Source of the DNA: Selaginella moellendorffii
Taxonomy: Eukaryota > Plantae > Lycopodiophyta
Reading direction: 5' to 3'
Assembly (NCBI RefSeq): GCF_000143415.4
Contig: NW_003314310.1
Coordinates: 862,611 to 926,610 of the forward strand
Length of the DNA: 64,000 nt
The translations under genes and the position numbers were made by a program. This document shows positions 13,542-25,046 of the stretch, one piece after another. The notes below the pieces were generated by a model that worked only from the letters and a program-made list of their open reading frames with translations, was not told where the DNA came from and did not search any database. Position 1 is the first letter of the stretch; every line of letters begins with the position of its first letter.

Positions 13542-16130
13542 TTAAGGAGTCATTGGTGTGGGAGCTTCGGTCACACGAGCTAGAGCCGCTGGAACTGGCG
13601 CTGGAGCTGGAGAATTCGCCACTGTGGAGCTCGTAACAGCGGTAACCGTGGCGGTGGCAGTGACAGTGGCAGCAACTGGAGCTCCAGAGCTCGCGGAGAA
13701 TCGAGGCAGCCGAGCTACGACTGTGGCAGAAGTTGGAGGCGTCCAAGCAGCAGTGGCGATGGCTGTCGAGCTCGGGGGAGCTTGATTAGGAGCGGGAGGA
13801 GCTAATGGACTTCGAGCATTCATCGCTGCGGCCGTAGCAGCAGTGGAGGTCGTCACAAGTTGCCAATTTGTGTTGCTGGTGCTCTGCTCGTTTGGTTCGT
13901 GCGCTGTGTCCGCGGACGAGGCCAGGGGGGCCGAGGGTGCATCCGGGAGCAAGGACGAGCACTTCTCCTCGGCTTTGGCATCGGTTTCCATCGCAGTCGG
14001 CTGCCAAAAAATGGTTTTTGTTGTTGTTTTCGGTGGTTTTTCAGCCATAGAATCTAGAGAGAGGTATATAAACCTGGTCATCTTGAGGTTCTTGCTGAAC
14101 CTTGGGTAGATCCCCGTCGATATCACTTCCTTCGTCCTTCACACAGATATAATAGTCCCGTCAGGAGCAAGGAAATAAGAAAATTCATTGTCCTCGTACC
14201 ATAAGTTCTTCTTTTTCCTTTTTGATGCGGTCATCTCTTGCCGAGGGTGATTGTCGCCTGTAAAAGACGCAGCCGGACACTTGATATTAGCTCAACGCAA
14301 GAGAAGATAAAGAAAGAGAGCACGAAACCTGGATATGGCAGCGTCATTAGGACTTTGGTGACGACTCCTGCGAGGCTCGTCTTCCTCAGACTCCGAGTCT
14401 GAGTAAGCCCGACCTTTCTCACGCGTATCGAGGTCTTCCTCCTCCTACAGTTATAAACAACTTCTCAGCTTTTCACCATGTAGAAGCCACAGAGAGGGAG
14501 ACCTCTTCTGGAAGATCAGTATCAGGTGGTCTCTCCTGGAATGGTACGCTTGGTACATGCTGTAAATTCGATAAGTTCTCCAGGAGTCGATTCCTGTACA
14601 CTCAGTGAATACAAAGACATCGTACTCAAGGACAGAGAAGTAAAAAATGAAATCAGACCTTATGGACTCCAGGTACTGAGCCGAGTTTTGATTCTCCATG
14701 TTGCTCGGAGTAACGTGGAGCGTGTAATCCGGGCCAAAGTACTCGTAATACTCGTTGTATGGCATTTTATCCTCAAGCTCCACACCTACAGCAACAGCAG
14801 TCTGCAAGGCAAGGTGTTGTTCTAATCAAGAAACCAAAGTAAAAGAGAGCTTGTTTCTCAAGTCGTACAAACCTCGTAACACCAGCACCGAGCAACGTTG
14901 CGGATTGTGTAGCCTCCGCCTCCGAGCAACAGCAACGGAACGTTAAAAGACCGCATGAACTTAACACACTGAGCGTGGCCTTTGATCGACAGGTTGAAGC
15001 ATCCAAGCCGGTCCCCGGACAGCGAGTCGGCTCCACACTGCAACACGACAGCCCCCGGCTGGAAAACCTCCATCACTTTGGTGATGATCGGCTTGAACAA
15101 AGAATGGTAGCTCTCATCGTCGATGCCATCGTTGAGCGGGACGTTGAGAGAATAGTATTTCCCTTTGGCGTGTCCCATGTCCCTCACGTCCCCGGTTCCG
15201 GGGAAGTAGTCCCCGAACTTGTGGAAGGAGACGGTCATGACACGGTCTGTGGTGTAAAAGGCCTCCTCGACACCATCTCCGTGGTGTATATCAATGTCAA
15301 TGTACAAAACTCGCTGGAAAGAGAAACAAGAAAGAGCCATGAGAACTTTGTGGCTATGCAACAAAGTGAAAACAAGCGCAAGTACGACAGAAACTTTGTA
15401 GCAACACTGAAGGATGAGAACTCAAGAGAAGCTTGTAGCAGCTTTAGGAGTATTGCAACAGCGAGAGAACTACTGCCGAAAGAGAACAAAGAAAAACACA
15501 AACAAGCATAGGAAAGAACTTTGTAACTATAGAACTCTCTGGAATGATAAGAAAAGGGAAATTTTTGCGAGCTCTCGACAGAGAAAACCACGAAAAACTT
15601 ACAGCGTGGTATTTGAGAAGCTCCAGGATGGCAAGAACAATGTCGTTGACGTAGCAAAACCCCGAGGCCTCGCACTTCTTCGCGTGATGCAATCCACCAG
15701 ACCAATTCACCGCAATGTCCGAGTGACCATGGTTGAGCTTGACAGCCCCACCGACGGATCCACCGGCATAAGTCTGGCAAAACGAGTACAAGCCATCGAA
15801 AACCGGGCAGTCCTCGCCCACATTGAATCGTTTGAGCGCGCGCAAGTGCTCGTGCTGCGTCTCGGGAGTGATGACCCGGAGGAAGGCGACGTAGTCGTCG
15901 GCGTGGAAGCGGCAGAGGTCCCGATCCTTGGCGGGGAGAGGCTTGAGAACCTCGAGCTTGTTGTGAATGCCATAGTGGACGAGGAGGGAATGGGTCATCC
16001 GGATCCTGTGCGGCTTCATTGGGTGGCCCTGGCCGTAGTAGTAGTTCCCTACCTCGGGGTCGTAGAAGTAGGCGACGCGCTTGCTCCGCCCCTCCGGCCC
16101 CGAGGCGAGCGAGTTGCCGCTTCCATCCAT
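13542..16130 (-). CDS. HDA19: RPD3-class histone deacetylase (HDA19/HD1-like) with long low-complexity C-terminal exon
   Basis: [112 protein letters not shown]. The 3' exons were joined by eye and are less certain. Confidence 0.9.
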
Positions 16131-16421
16131 CGCCAGAGATCTCTCCTCCTCCTCCTCTAAGTCCCTAAGTTAAAAGAGAAACCCTAAAATGCAGGGGCTA
16201 AAAGAGATATGCGAAAAGAATTATATTTGATTCTGCTTGGTTTAATTATTGTAAAGTTCTATATAGATAAATGGATATTACTCCACGTGGTTCGAAATAA
16301 TATTGCGATTCTTGCCGCTCCTGTACATAGGCTATGTATATTTCTGTATTCCTATGTCATTGTTAAATTCAACCAAAATAAACTATTGCGGAGCTTCTCA
16401 TATAGTTTTAGCAACCAAGGC

Positions 16422-16860
16422 ATGGGCTATGCTTCTCCTCTAATACTATTTGCTTTGATCGTCACTGCAAGTGCCATACTAGTTGAAAGGCCCCATGTAA
16501 GTTTCATGTTGGCAGTGGGAAAATTTCTTAATTCTGTGTTGATAGTGCAACGAGGACGTCAAGGACTACTCAAAGACTTGCGACGATGTTGTGATCAAGG
16601 ATGGTTCCTGGCTGAATGGAAATTGCATCAAGAAGGACAAATCTACCCATGGCACTGACTTGAACCTCAATGATTTGGTGCAGTTTGCTACAGACCACAA
16701 CTTGCACCGAAAAGAGTTTGGTAATTTCCTGGGATCCTGCAGTGGTGTAACCTTAGAGGACAAGCACATATTAGTAACACAGTGTGGGGGTGATATCAAG
16801 AAGATTGATCTCAACGAATTTATAGGCAATATGGATGGAACACTGACTGCATGCTTATGA
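16422..16860 (+). CDS. Secreted cyanovirin-N homologue (CVNH) lectin, 2 exons (16422-16496, 16546-16860)
   Basis: Signal-peptide exon MGYASPLILFALIVTASA, phase-0 GT-AG intron, then two CVNH half-repeats: DYSKTC...LNGNC...DLNLNDLV and GNFLGSC...LVTQC...KIDLNEFIGNMDGTL. Confidence 0.85.
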
Positions 16861-17069
16861 AATATATTTCGGATTATTATTACAAATTAGTAAATATATT
16901 GGTGTCAGAGTGATCATCCTTATTCCTAAAATCTGATTAGTAAAACATCATGTTTGTTAAAATTAAAATAAATTGAGTCAGAGATGATTTTATTCATTTA
17001 CAAACCCTTTGCATAAAGAATCGATTTAAAGTATTCGCCGAATATTTTCCTAGGTTAGGGCTGGTGGCG

Positions 17070-18947
17070 ATGGACGCAAGTGATAAGAACTGCGGCTGGG
17101 AATGCGGTAAGGCGAATGCGGCGGATGCTGAGAGACCAGACGGCTCCAATCCATTGTCGGACAGTGCTTGCTCCGGATCCGATGCTTCACCACGCCCAGC
17201 GGCGGATTCAGGGTTTGTGGCAATCTCCTTGTCTAGCCCGTCATTGGATGCTGCTGCTTCGTCGTCAAACAGCGAGAAATTCTCTTCGGAGGAAGTCGCC
17301 ACGCTTGCTCGGTGTCTATGTGCTCCTCTCGTCTCGATTCGCGTTGGAAGAATTGTCAGCCATGGCTACTTTCTTCGTCCAACAAATTCAAGGTATAGCG
17401 TAAGATCTTTGTGATTTCCAAAGGCTGGGTGGTTTACTCTTTCTCTTTTCTTTTGCCGCAGGGGTCACCTCGATCTGACGATGCTGCCCAGCTCCGACTT
17501 CCGTCTCTCATTCCTGGGCGATGATGGGACGATCGAAAGACTGGCTCTAGTTTCTTCGTCACCAATCCAAGGCTCTTTTCCAGTTGAGCTGCAAGAAATC
17601 GCTACGGACTCTTCCGGCAGATCCTTCGTCCTCAAACTCGCCTCAAACAGATCGGTGTTCTTCTGGCAATCGGAAAAGTCCAAAGCTCGTGGAGATGAGT
17701 TAGTCCTCAAGGTCAGTCACATTTTTCTTCATCCCTTTTTGTCTGTTCTAGAGAAGAGCTAAAGAAAAACGTTCGTGCCTTTGTTGTGCTACAGATGAAA
17801 GATATCTTGCAACAAAGGCCAACCTTGTGTCAGCAGACAGGCATCCACGAGTCGCGTCTCAAGTCGATCGCCAGCGGCTTGCAAACTTTGCCACCGTCTT
17901 CTTCGTACTCGTTTTCTTCCGGCCCAGAAGCTCTGCTGCCAGGTTCTTTGCCACTTCCAAGTTTGAGCAATCCATTTGTTTGTTCGAGTGAAGGAGACGA
18001 TGCTCCAAGCGCAGTGTGCTCGCAAGCGCTTGCGGCAGCAGCAATAGGCATGTCCTTTGGCCTCGCCTCGTCGACTTCCACCACTGTTCCTGGCTCCAGC
18101 TCCATCGCCGCGACGCTCTTCTCACTCAACCAGAGCCAGCGGCTGCTGAGAAGCTCGGGAGAGCTCGACAAGAAGGCTTTCGCGCAGAGAATCCTTGGAT
18201 CACTCCCACAGACCTTCGTTCCATTCCCGCTCCTAGTAAGTGGCTCCGTAAGTGTTCCTAGCGTTCCTCTCTCGGCAGTCGTGGCTCCTTACTACTGCCC
18301 ATGTCCGCTTGGAGCCGCCTCGGCTTTGCAGTACTCGACTTTCACTTCTCACCTTCCATCGCTGGTTTCGTCCTCGGCAGCCGCTTCTTTCGTGTCAGTC
18401 GGGCCGCCACCTCCGCTCCTTCCTCCTCTGGGTTTCTCGCTTCCTCTGGTTTCCCCGGCCTCGGGCGTTTCTCTGGCCAGCGGACCTCTCATGGGTGTGG
18501 TTTTGCCGTGTCCGCTGAAGCCCGAGTCGCCTAGCACCGGTGTGTTTCAAGGTGGTCTTGCCGATATACTTGGAGTTTATAGCTCGAGCTTTCTTCCAAC
18601 GAGTTTGGATCTTGGCAGGAACTTTTCATCGTCTGGATTGACGAACTTGTATTGTCAGCCAGCTCTCGAGAACAACAGCAGCAGCAGCAGCAGCGGTGGG
18701 ATGATTTGGAGCAGCAATCTCTCACACGTAAGTTTCGATCGCTCTGAAAAGTTTAGTTTCTCGGGATCTTAAGCGATATATGTGTCTTTGTGTTTTTGCT
18801 TTTCTACTTCTACAGGCTCAAGCTAGCTCGAGCGATGACCTTAGCTCTTTAGAATCACCATCGCCAGATAGCTCGCAAATTTCCAGTGAATTATCAGCTC
18901 AACCTTCGCTCAAGGACACCTCAGAAAAGAGATCCCACTCAAAATAA
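17070..18947 (+). CDS. Conserved plant protein of unknown function; N-terminal Rpn13/Pru-like PH-fold domain and Ser/Pro-rich tail with YYCPCP motif (4 exons)
   Basis: In-frame exons at about 17070-17392, 17462-17711, 17795-18727 and 18816-18947 with GT-AG introns. Resembles the At2g39950-type family from memory. Confidence 0.7.
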
Positions 18948-19058
18948 GCCACGTACTACCTAGTGAGAGAAGATTATTCCCTCGCCAATATGTAATACAT
19001 TCTAAGAAGATGCCTTTTCCGTCAATGGCCGCTCGCCAGCGCAGCCCAGTGCATGAGA

Positions 19059-19143
19059 GACACGTCACAAAGGAAATGCACGTGTCGTCACTAGGATGGT
19101 CGATACGTGGCGCGTGGTTCTAGCCTGGGCGATGTGTATATAA
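19059..19143 (+). promoter_or_regulatory. ABA-responsive promoter: three ABRE/G-box motifs, a CE3-like motif and a TATA box
   Basis: GACACGT (19059), CACGTGTC (19079), TACGTGGC (19104) followed by CGCGTGG, and TATATAA (19137), about 100-190 bp upstream of the LEA ATG. Confidence 0.8.
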
Positions 19144-19246
19144 GCGCTATGGATAGAAAACGTGACGCATTCTAGCTCTTTTGGTTGTGATCAGATCAGC
19201 GAAGAGATTTCTAGTCGAGATCGTTTGATTCGAAAGGTGTTTGAAG

Positions 19247-19978
19247 ATGCAGGGTGTTAGGAATGCCACCGCCGCAGTGCAGGAGAAGACCGGCAACGCG
19301 ATGGCCAAGGCCGGGGAGAAGATGGATTCGGCTAAGGCCTCGGGCACCGAGAAGGTGAGATTTCCCCCCTTTCTTTAATCCGGGATGTTTGCTCGATCTC
19401 AAAATGCTTCACGTTGGTGTCTCATGAACTGAATTGAGTAGTATCTTTTATACTTGTTATTAGATGGTCCGAGCGATTGTCGTGTCATTGTCTCATATCG
19501 ATCGATTGAGCTTCGTGCTGATCAATTCATTGGTGTGGTCTTCGTTCAGGCTGAAAAGGTGACCGCGCACAACAAGGCCGAGAAGCACGAGGCCAAGGAG
19601 AGGAAGCACATGAAGGAGGCGGAGGCGGCGGGACACCTCCACGAGAAGCAGGCGGAGAACATCGCCAAGGCGGAGGAGAAGAAGCACGGGATTGGGCACC
19701 ACGATACGGGGCTCGGCCACACCACCGGCACACACAATCCTCTGTCGACCGGCACCGGTCATACTGGCACGGGGACTCATACTGGCACACACACCGGTAC
19801 ACACAACCCCCTGTCGGGCGCCACCGGTCATACTGGCACGGGGACTCACACCGGCACACACAACCCCCTGTCGGCCGCCACCGGCCATACTGGCACGGGC
19901 ACCCACACCGGCACCGGCCATACTGGCACGGGAGCTCACGTCCCCGGCACCCACACCGGTACTCACACCGGGCTTTGA
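19247..19978 (+). CDS. Late embryogenesis abundant protein, LEA_1 (group 4) family, with His/Thr/Gly repeat tail; 2 exons (19247-19354, 19550-19978)
   Basis: MQGVRNATAAVQEKTGNAMAKAGEKMDSAKASGTEK|AEKVTAHNKAEKHEAKERK followed by repeats of GHTGTGTHTGTHNPLS. Confidence 0.85.
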
Positions 19979-20089
19979 ATTGAAAGTTGGAGGGACCTTC
20001 CTTACCTGTGTGAATTACATTGCTGAAAATGTTATCTTTAAAACCTTTGTTGGAATAATTATCTGTATCACGTGGGTTTAGTAATGTTT

Positions 20090-20820
20090 CCAATTGAGTT
20101 AGCTGGGCGACCCGGGTCAGCTGGTCACCGTCGGTCAAAAGATTCGGGAAAGACGGCCGTGGTTCATGAGTTGGCAAGACTCTCGATAAACCAAGTGGAT
20201 GCCGATCTGGAGAAGGCGCCTTGCAGCGAGTATGTCTATTATTTGGACGGGATCGACGGGACTGACTTATCATTCTCCGGTGGAACGATAGAAGTTGGGT
20301 AATCATTGCAAACACCTATGAACTTCTCTGAATGGCTACATAGGTGTTTTTCCAACCGTCTTCATTGACGAGGCCAACGTTCTTGATCATACTGGGAGCT
20401 TAGTGAGGTTGACAAGCTGATGAAGAAGCTGGTCAATATCTCCAAGGATGAGTGCAAGGCGAATGTTGTGCTGCTCTCGTCAGCTTGCGGTGGATTCACC
20501 TGCCGGCGCGTAAGAAATATCCCAAGGATGAGGCGTTGGCTTTTGTATCCGAGAGGAATGCTAGGGTGGAAGCTTTGTGGGATGCGATGTTTGACTAGTC
20601 AAGCGGCAGGGCTTCGTTGCTGCAGGATTTGTGCCAATGAGTGAAGCAGGCTAGTGTAAATGGAGTGCAGGAAGCTGGAAAAAAGAAGCAAGCGTCCGTG
20701 CCATTAGCACACTCAATTCGATCTTTCGCTCGGGATGCTGACGAAAAGTAGACACTAGAGAATTTCCAGGACACAGATGACACTATGATTGAGCACGGCC
20801 TTTTTCAGTATAGATCCGAA
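20090..20820 (+). pseudogene. Decayed P-loop ATPase gene, copy 1
   Basis: Frameshifted Walker A (QLVTVG..DSGKTAVVHE), Walker B-like FPTVFIDEANVL, and KKLVNISKDECKANVVLLSS; stops and frameshifts throughout. Confidence 0.6.
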
Positions 20821-21348
20821 TGTGAGGGGAAAGAGATCGACTTTAAATACACAAACTACCCGATTGTTTTGCAGGCACCACAGTTTGAGTTCCTTGATTG
20901 TTAGTTGTGTTCAATGGTCTTTTGTCATCTAGGATTTATAAATCCTCTCATTCTTCAAAAAGTCTTTCTAGAGACCTAACATTGAAGAAGATGAAAAAGT
21001 CAGTTCTAGCTGCAAATTAGAAGAAGTAAGAACTTTATAACTTACTTACATGAACATGGGCTGATGCATTGGTGATCACAGAGAGAATGAGTTGCTTTTG
21101 GAATTATGCATGGACAAAAGATTGCTTGGCCAAATTAGGAAAAAAAATGTCACCAAGCATCCGAAAAACAATGTACCTAGTTAAATCCCACCACTGGCTA
21201 TTATAGAGAGAAGGCGCAAGCAGTTGTTGCAAAAAATAAGGCTAGTAGGACTCCTATATTGCATTGCTAAAGCACCATGCACTAACACACTATGCAAGCA
21301 AGCAACATTTGGAAAATGGCGCTAGAAAATGGATGATGCTTAAATGAC

Positions 21349-21483
21349 TAGTAACTGCAAACATAACACTATTATGAGCTGATATTTTGATTATCGACTG
21401 ATTCCTCTTGCAAAGACTAGTAACTTGCAAAAATAACACTATTATGAGTTGATATTTTGATTATCGACTCATTCCCCTTGCAA
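21349..21483. repeat. Two-copy tandem duplication of about 67 bp
   Basis: TAGTAACT..ATAACACTATTATGAG.TGATATTTTGATTATCGACT.ATTCC.CTTGCAA occurs twice. Confidence 0.85.
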
Positions 21484-23069
21484 GTGATACTTGTGGCCTT
21501 GTCATTCTTGCACTTCTTGCTCTTCCATGCCATCAATGTGGGTGTCCTCAATTCCGTGACGAGATTATCCTCCACTATTGATGCATTCCTTAGATTATTG
21601 CTTGCCATCTCTTGCACTATTGAGTAGAAAGTAGAAAAGTAAAGAACAAAGCAGAAAAATGAGAAGAGAAGAAGAAATATTACTCTTTATAGTGATTTCC
21701 TGATTGCATCATATAAATACACTGATAGGTACACATTTTGCCAATGGGTAAATCTCATAACAGCCTCCCAACAGCAAAAATCTCATGGCAGAAAAATGTC
21801 TTCCAATAGGAAATATTTGTTTTATACTACCTGATAAGAACATTTGGTTAATCTGAAAATTTTGCTTAATCTTTCCTGATAAAAAAGATTTAGAAACTTC
21901 AAATATTTCTGAGAAGATACTAATTTAGGTTTTCTAGGGTTCAGTCCATTTGTAAATCAAACTACTATTGGGTAGAGATTCGGGTACTATTTTTATAGAG
22001 ATTCTTATTGGAAGTACCAAGGAGGAATGGAGCCCTAAACACAGGATGAAGTATGCCATTTTTTCTTTTATAGGAGATGGATTTAATTTCTTTTTCTTTT
22101 CTTTCAAAGAAGGCAATTAGCACAATAATTATTATATACTAATCTCAAGGAGATCAATTGGAAGGAAAGAATTTTTTTTTTTATATTAAAGAGTTTGTTT
22201 TTCAGTTTTAGTTTTCTTTTGTGGCAGGAAACCAAGCAAGCATCTAGTGTTATTGTTGATAATAAAAATATATATCAACTGGTTATATAAACAAGGATTA
22301 AAAATTGGGGGAACAAGGATGTAAATGCTCTTTGAATTTTAGATTTGCAAAAGAGAGGAAGACTTTCATAAGCAATTGATGATTTTATGTAAATCATTTG
22401 TCATTTTTAACTAATTTAGAAGAATCTTTTAGATGAGAGCAATGCAAATTCTTTTTGCTTAAGTAGCTGTATAGGCAAGAGGCATGTTTTATATTTGATG
22501 AAATAAAGCATAAAGATTCCTATATTCTTAGGTTTTTTTTTCTCAAGTCATATGCTTAAAATGGCCTTGTTTACAAATATTTTAAAGCTATATAGGATAG
22601 AGAGAGTGACTTGCTGGTTGCTAATCTTATAGGAGTTTAAGTTTAAAATAAAAATAAAGTAAAAAGATATTATATATATAGTTCTTAATTTTGGACTTCT
22701 AGAAGTCATCCAACCTAGTAACTCCAGCTCAAAACCCAAGCATGCTTAACCCCACTTAAAATCTTTAACTGATTGGAAAAAAAAGTGCACTCTTATTTAT
22801 AAAATTTTTCCCTTTACCCATTGAATCATTTATCAAATTGTTATCTTTAGTTTCTTACACTATTATGATGACAAGAGGTCAGTATTACTAGTCCCTTTTA
22901 TTAATCTCTACCTAAGTTAGTTGAGAAACTAATCACATATATATTTAACCATAAGAGTATAAGGACAGAATTTTAAAATACTATTAGTTAAGCATACTTA
23001 ACATGATTAGAAAAAGTCATTGAAAAGCCAAGCAAATCAAGGGGAGGAATCTCCTGTTGAAGATGCTAT

Positions 23070-23240
23070 AGAATATTTAAAAATTATTTAGACACATTTG
23101 TTATTTTGTATATCAATAACATTCTAGTCTTTAGTGAAAAGTTAGAGGATCATTTGAAACATTTTGAGTTAGTGTTTTAAAAATTGCAAGAAAATAAACT
23201 ATATAATAATGAGATTAAGTGTACTTTTGGTCAATTGCGT
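23070..23240 (+). mobile_element. Decayed gypsy reverse transcriptase fragment
   Basis: YLDTFVILYINNILVFSEKLEDHLKHFELVF*KLQENKLY, alignable to 28520-28670. Confidence 0.75.
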
Positions 23241-23333
23241 GAGATGTAAACAATAAAAGAGAATGATTTAAGAGATGATCCATAAAGGTTCAAATATAAA
23301 AGGAAAGGGCCCATGAATAAAAATACACCCCTT

Positions 23334-25046
23334 TGTGAGACATAAAATCCCTAGGCCCTAAAGAGGAGCTAAAAGGGTGCTATGTAGTGGTTGAAGTGGG
23401 AGCCAAATAAGTGTAACACATTTGGACTAAAATTTCCAATTTGAAAAGTCGAGAGCAGAAGTGGAACTCCCAACAAAGTGCTCGAAGAATAAGCACGAAG
23501 CAAACAATAAATGAATCTCTAAAAAAGGGACACAAGAAGGACCCAAGATAGAGTCTAAAAAGAAGTCTAAGATAGAGTCCAAAATGGACCTGAAATGGAA
23601 TTCAAAATGGAATCCAAGATGGAGTTTTGTAAACAGCTAATTTTTCCATTCTACTTTAGCCACTTAACCATATCTCCAACCACTTAAAGGAGTCTTATTT
23701 ACAACCTCTATAAGTCCAATTCAGGACTTAGGGTTTGTTAACCCTAAGAATGGCATCCATGCCACACAACTTTTGCACTTGGTCCAAGTGCTTCACGTGC
23801 CCGATCCCATGACTGGCACCTTAAGGTACCACTAACATATTAGCCCATTACGCTAAGGCCATGCCTATTCACCTTGATCACACTGGTGATTCAACACCAC
23901 CTACATCATAGTCCCATCTCTCAAAGATTAGGCCATCCATCCATGAATGACCATACTAGATCCACTCCTTGGTATCTTTAGGATGTTCGTAGACATGGGG
24001 AATAGCCTTCCCTAATATCTCTTTTCCGGTCCCTACCAAGTCCCTTTCTATCTATGGCCGTATTAGCCAACATTGCCACTAGATCAAGGTCCATAGGCTT
24101 GACCACTAAGTCCCCTTGTTCTCTAGGATTTCTTTGTTATGTGACTGCATCCTTGGTCACTACACTAATAACTGCTCTTCTTCCTTTTCACCATCCAGGA
24201 CTTTGAGACAACATTTCAGAACATGAGCCTCATGGGTACTCTCCCCACCTTTTGCCTTTGGGTGCTCTAGCCATGGGCTTAGAGCAAAGTTTCGTTAAGC
24301 CACACCAGATATCCAAGTAGGTAGTGCTACCCACACTTGGACTGAAAGCATCGACCATTCAATCTCCCAAGGGAACTAGAGTTACCTCTTAAACACTTCA
24401 CTAAACTACCCCATTTGTTAATTCATATTCACTCTAGCTTTGGACTTCCCAGTGGTTATCTCATCACCTAGCACCTAGGCATAGCCTTCCTGGGCCAAAC
24501 TAGCCTTTTTTGGCCAAACTGACTCCATTGGGATCCAACCCCTACACTCTTCCTACTATACTTTTGGAACCCTCTGCACCAAGGTTATGGTGAATGAAAT
24601 GGGGACACGTAGTCTTAGTTGCTATGGGTCTTTGGTTAGAAGGGCTAGCTTGGGTGCACCATCAAGTGTGGGGGATGCCCCTGAGGTCATGGTCAATAAG
24701 TTAAATGTCTGGAAGATTTAGTACTTATTTGCAAATCTGTTAAGGTGCCAAGGTTAGATCACTAAGTGATCTTATGGTTAAAACAAGGACAAGGTCTTTA
24801 TGAGGTTAAAGAATAAAATTCTTAGTTCAAAGTGTTGATTTGAACTATTAATAATAGTGTGGCTTTGTCAAAGTACCAAGTGGGAAAGAACTGCAACAAT
24901 GCAGTGGTATTGCGAGTATAAGAAAGAGATTTATAGGTGGGTCATTAAGTTGAGCCGTAATAAAACCCATAATAGAAAATGCTAAAGAGACCTATTAAGT
25001 ATGAACACCCTCTAGACTTGGCAAAGCAAAACTTTTGCCATGGAAC
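23334..25046. mobile_element. Decayed nested family B pieces: LTR start (+, 23334-23627), LTR end (-, 23628-~24570), internal sequence (+, ~24575-25046)
   Basis: TGTGAGACATAAAATCCCTAGG matches 58242 and 59757. 23628 onward is the reverse complement of 61545 back to ~60600. The last part is the reverse complement of ~55830-56330. Confidence 0.75.

Noticed and set aside
21417-21700. Small minus-strand ORF preceded by a TATA-like motif and a pyrimidine-rich leader
   Set aside because: No recognisable homology, it overlaps a local duplication, and the context is AT-rich and decayed.
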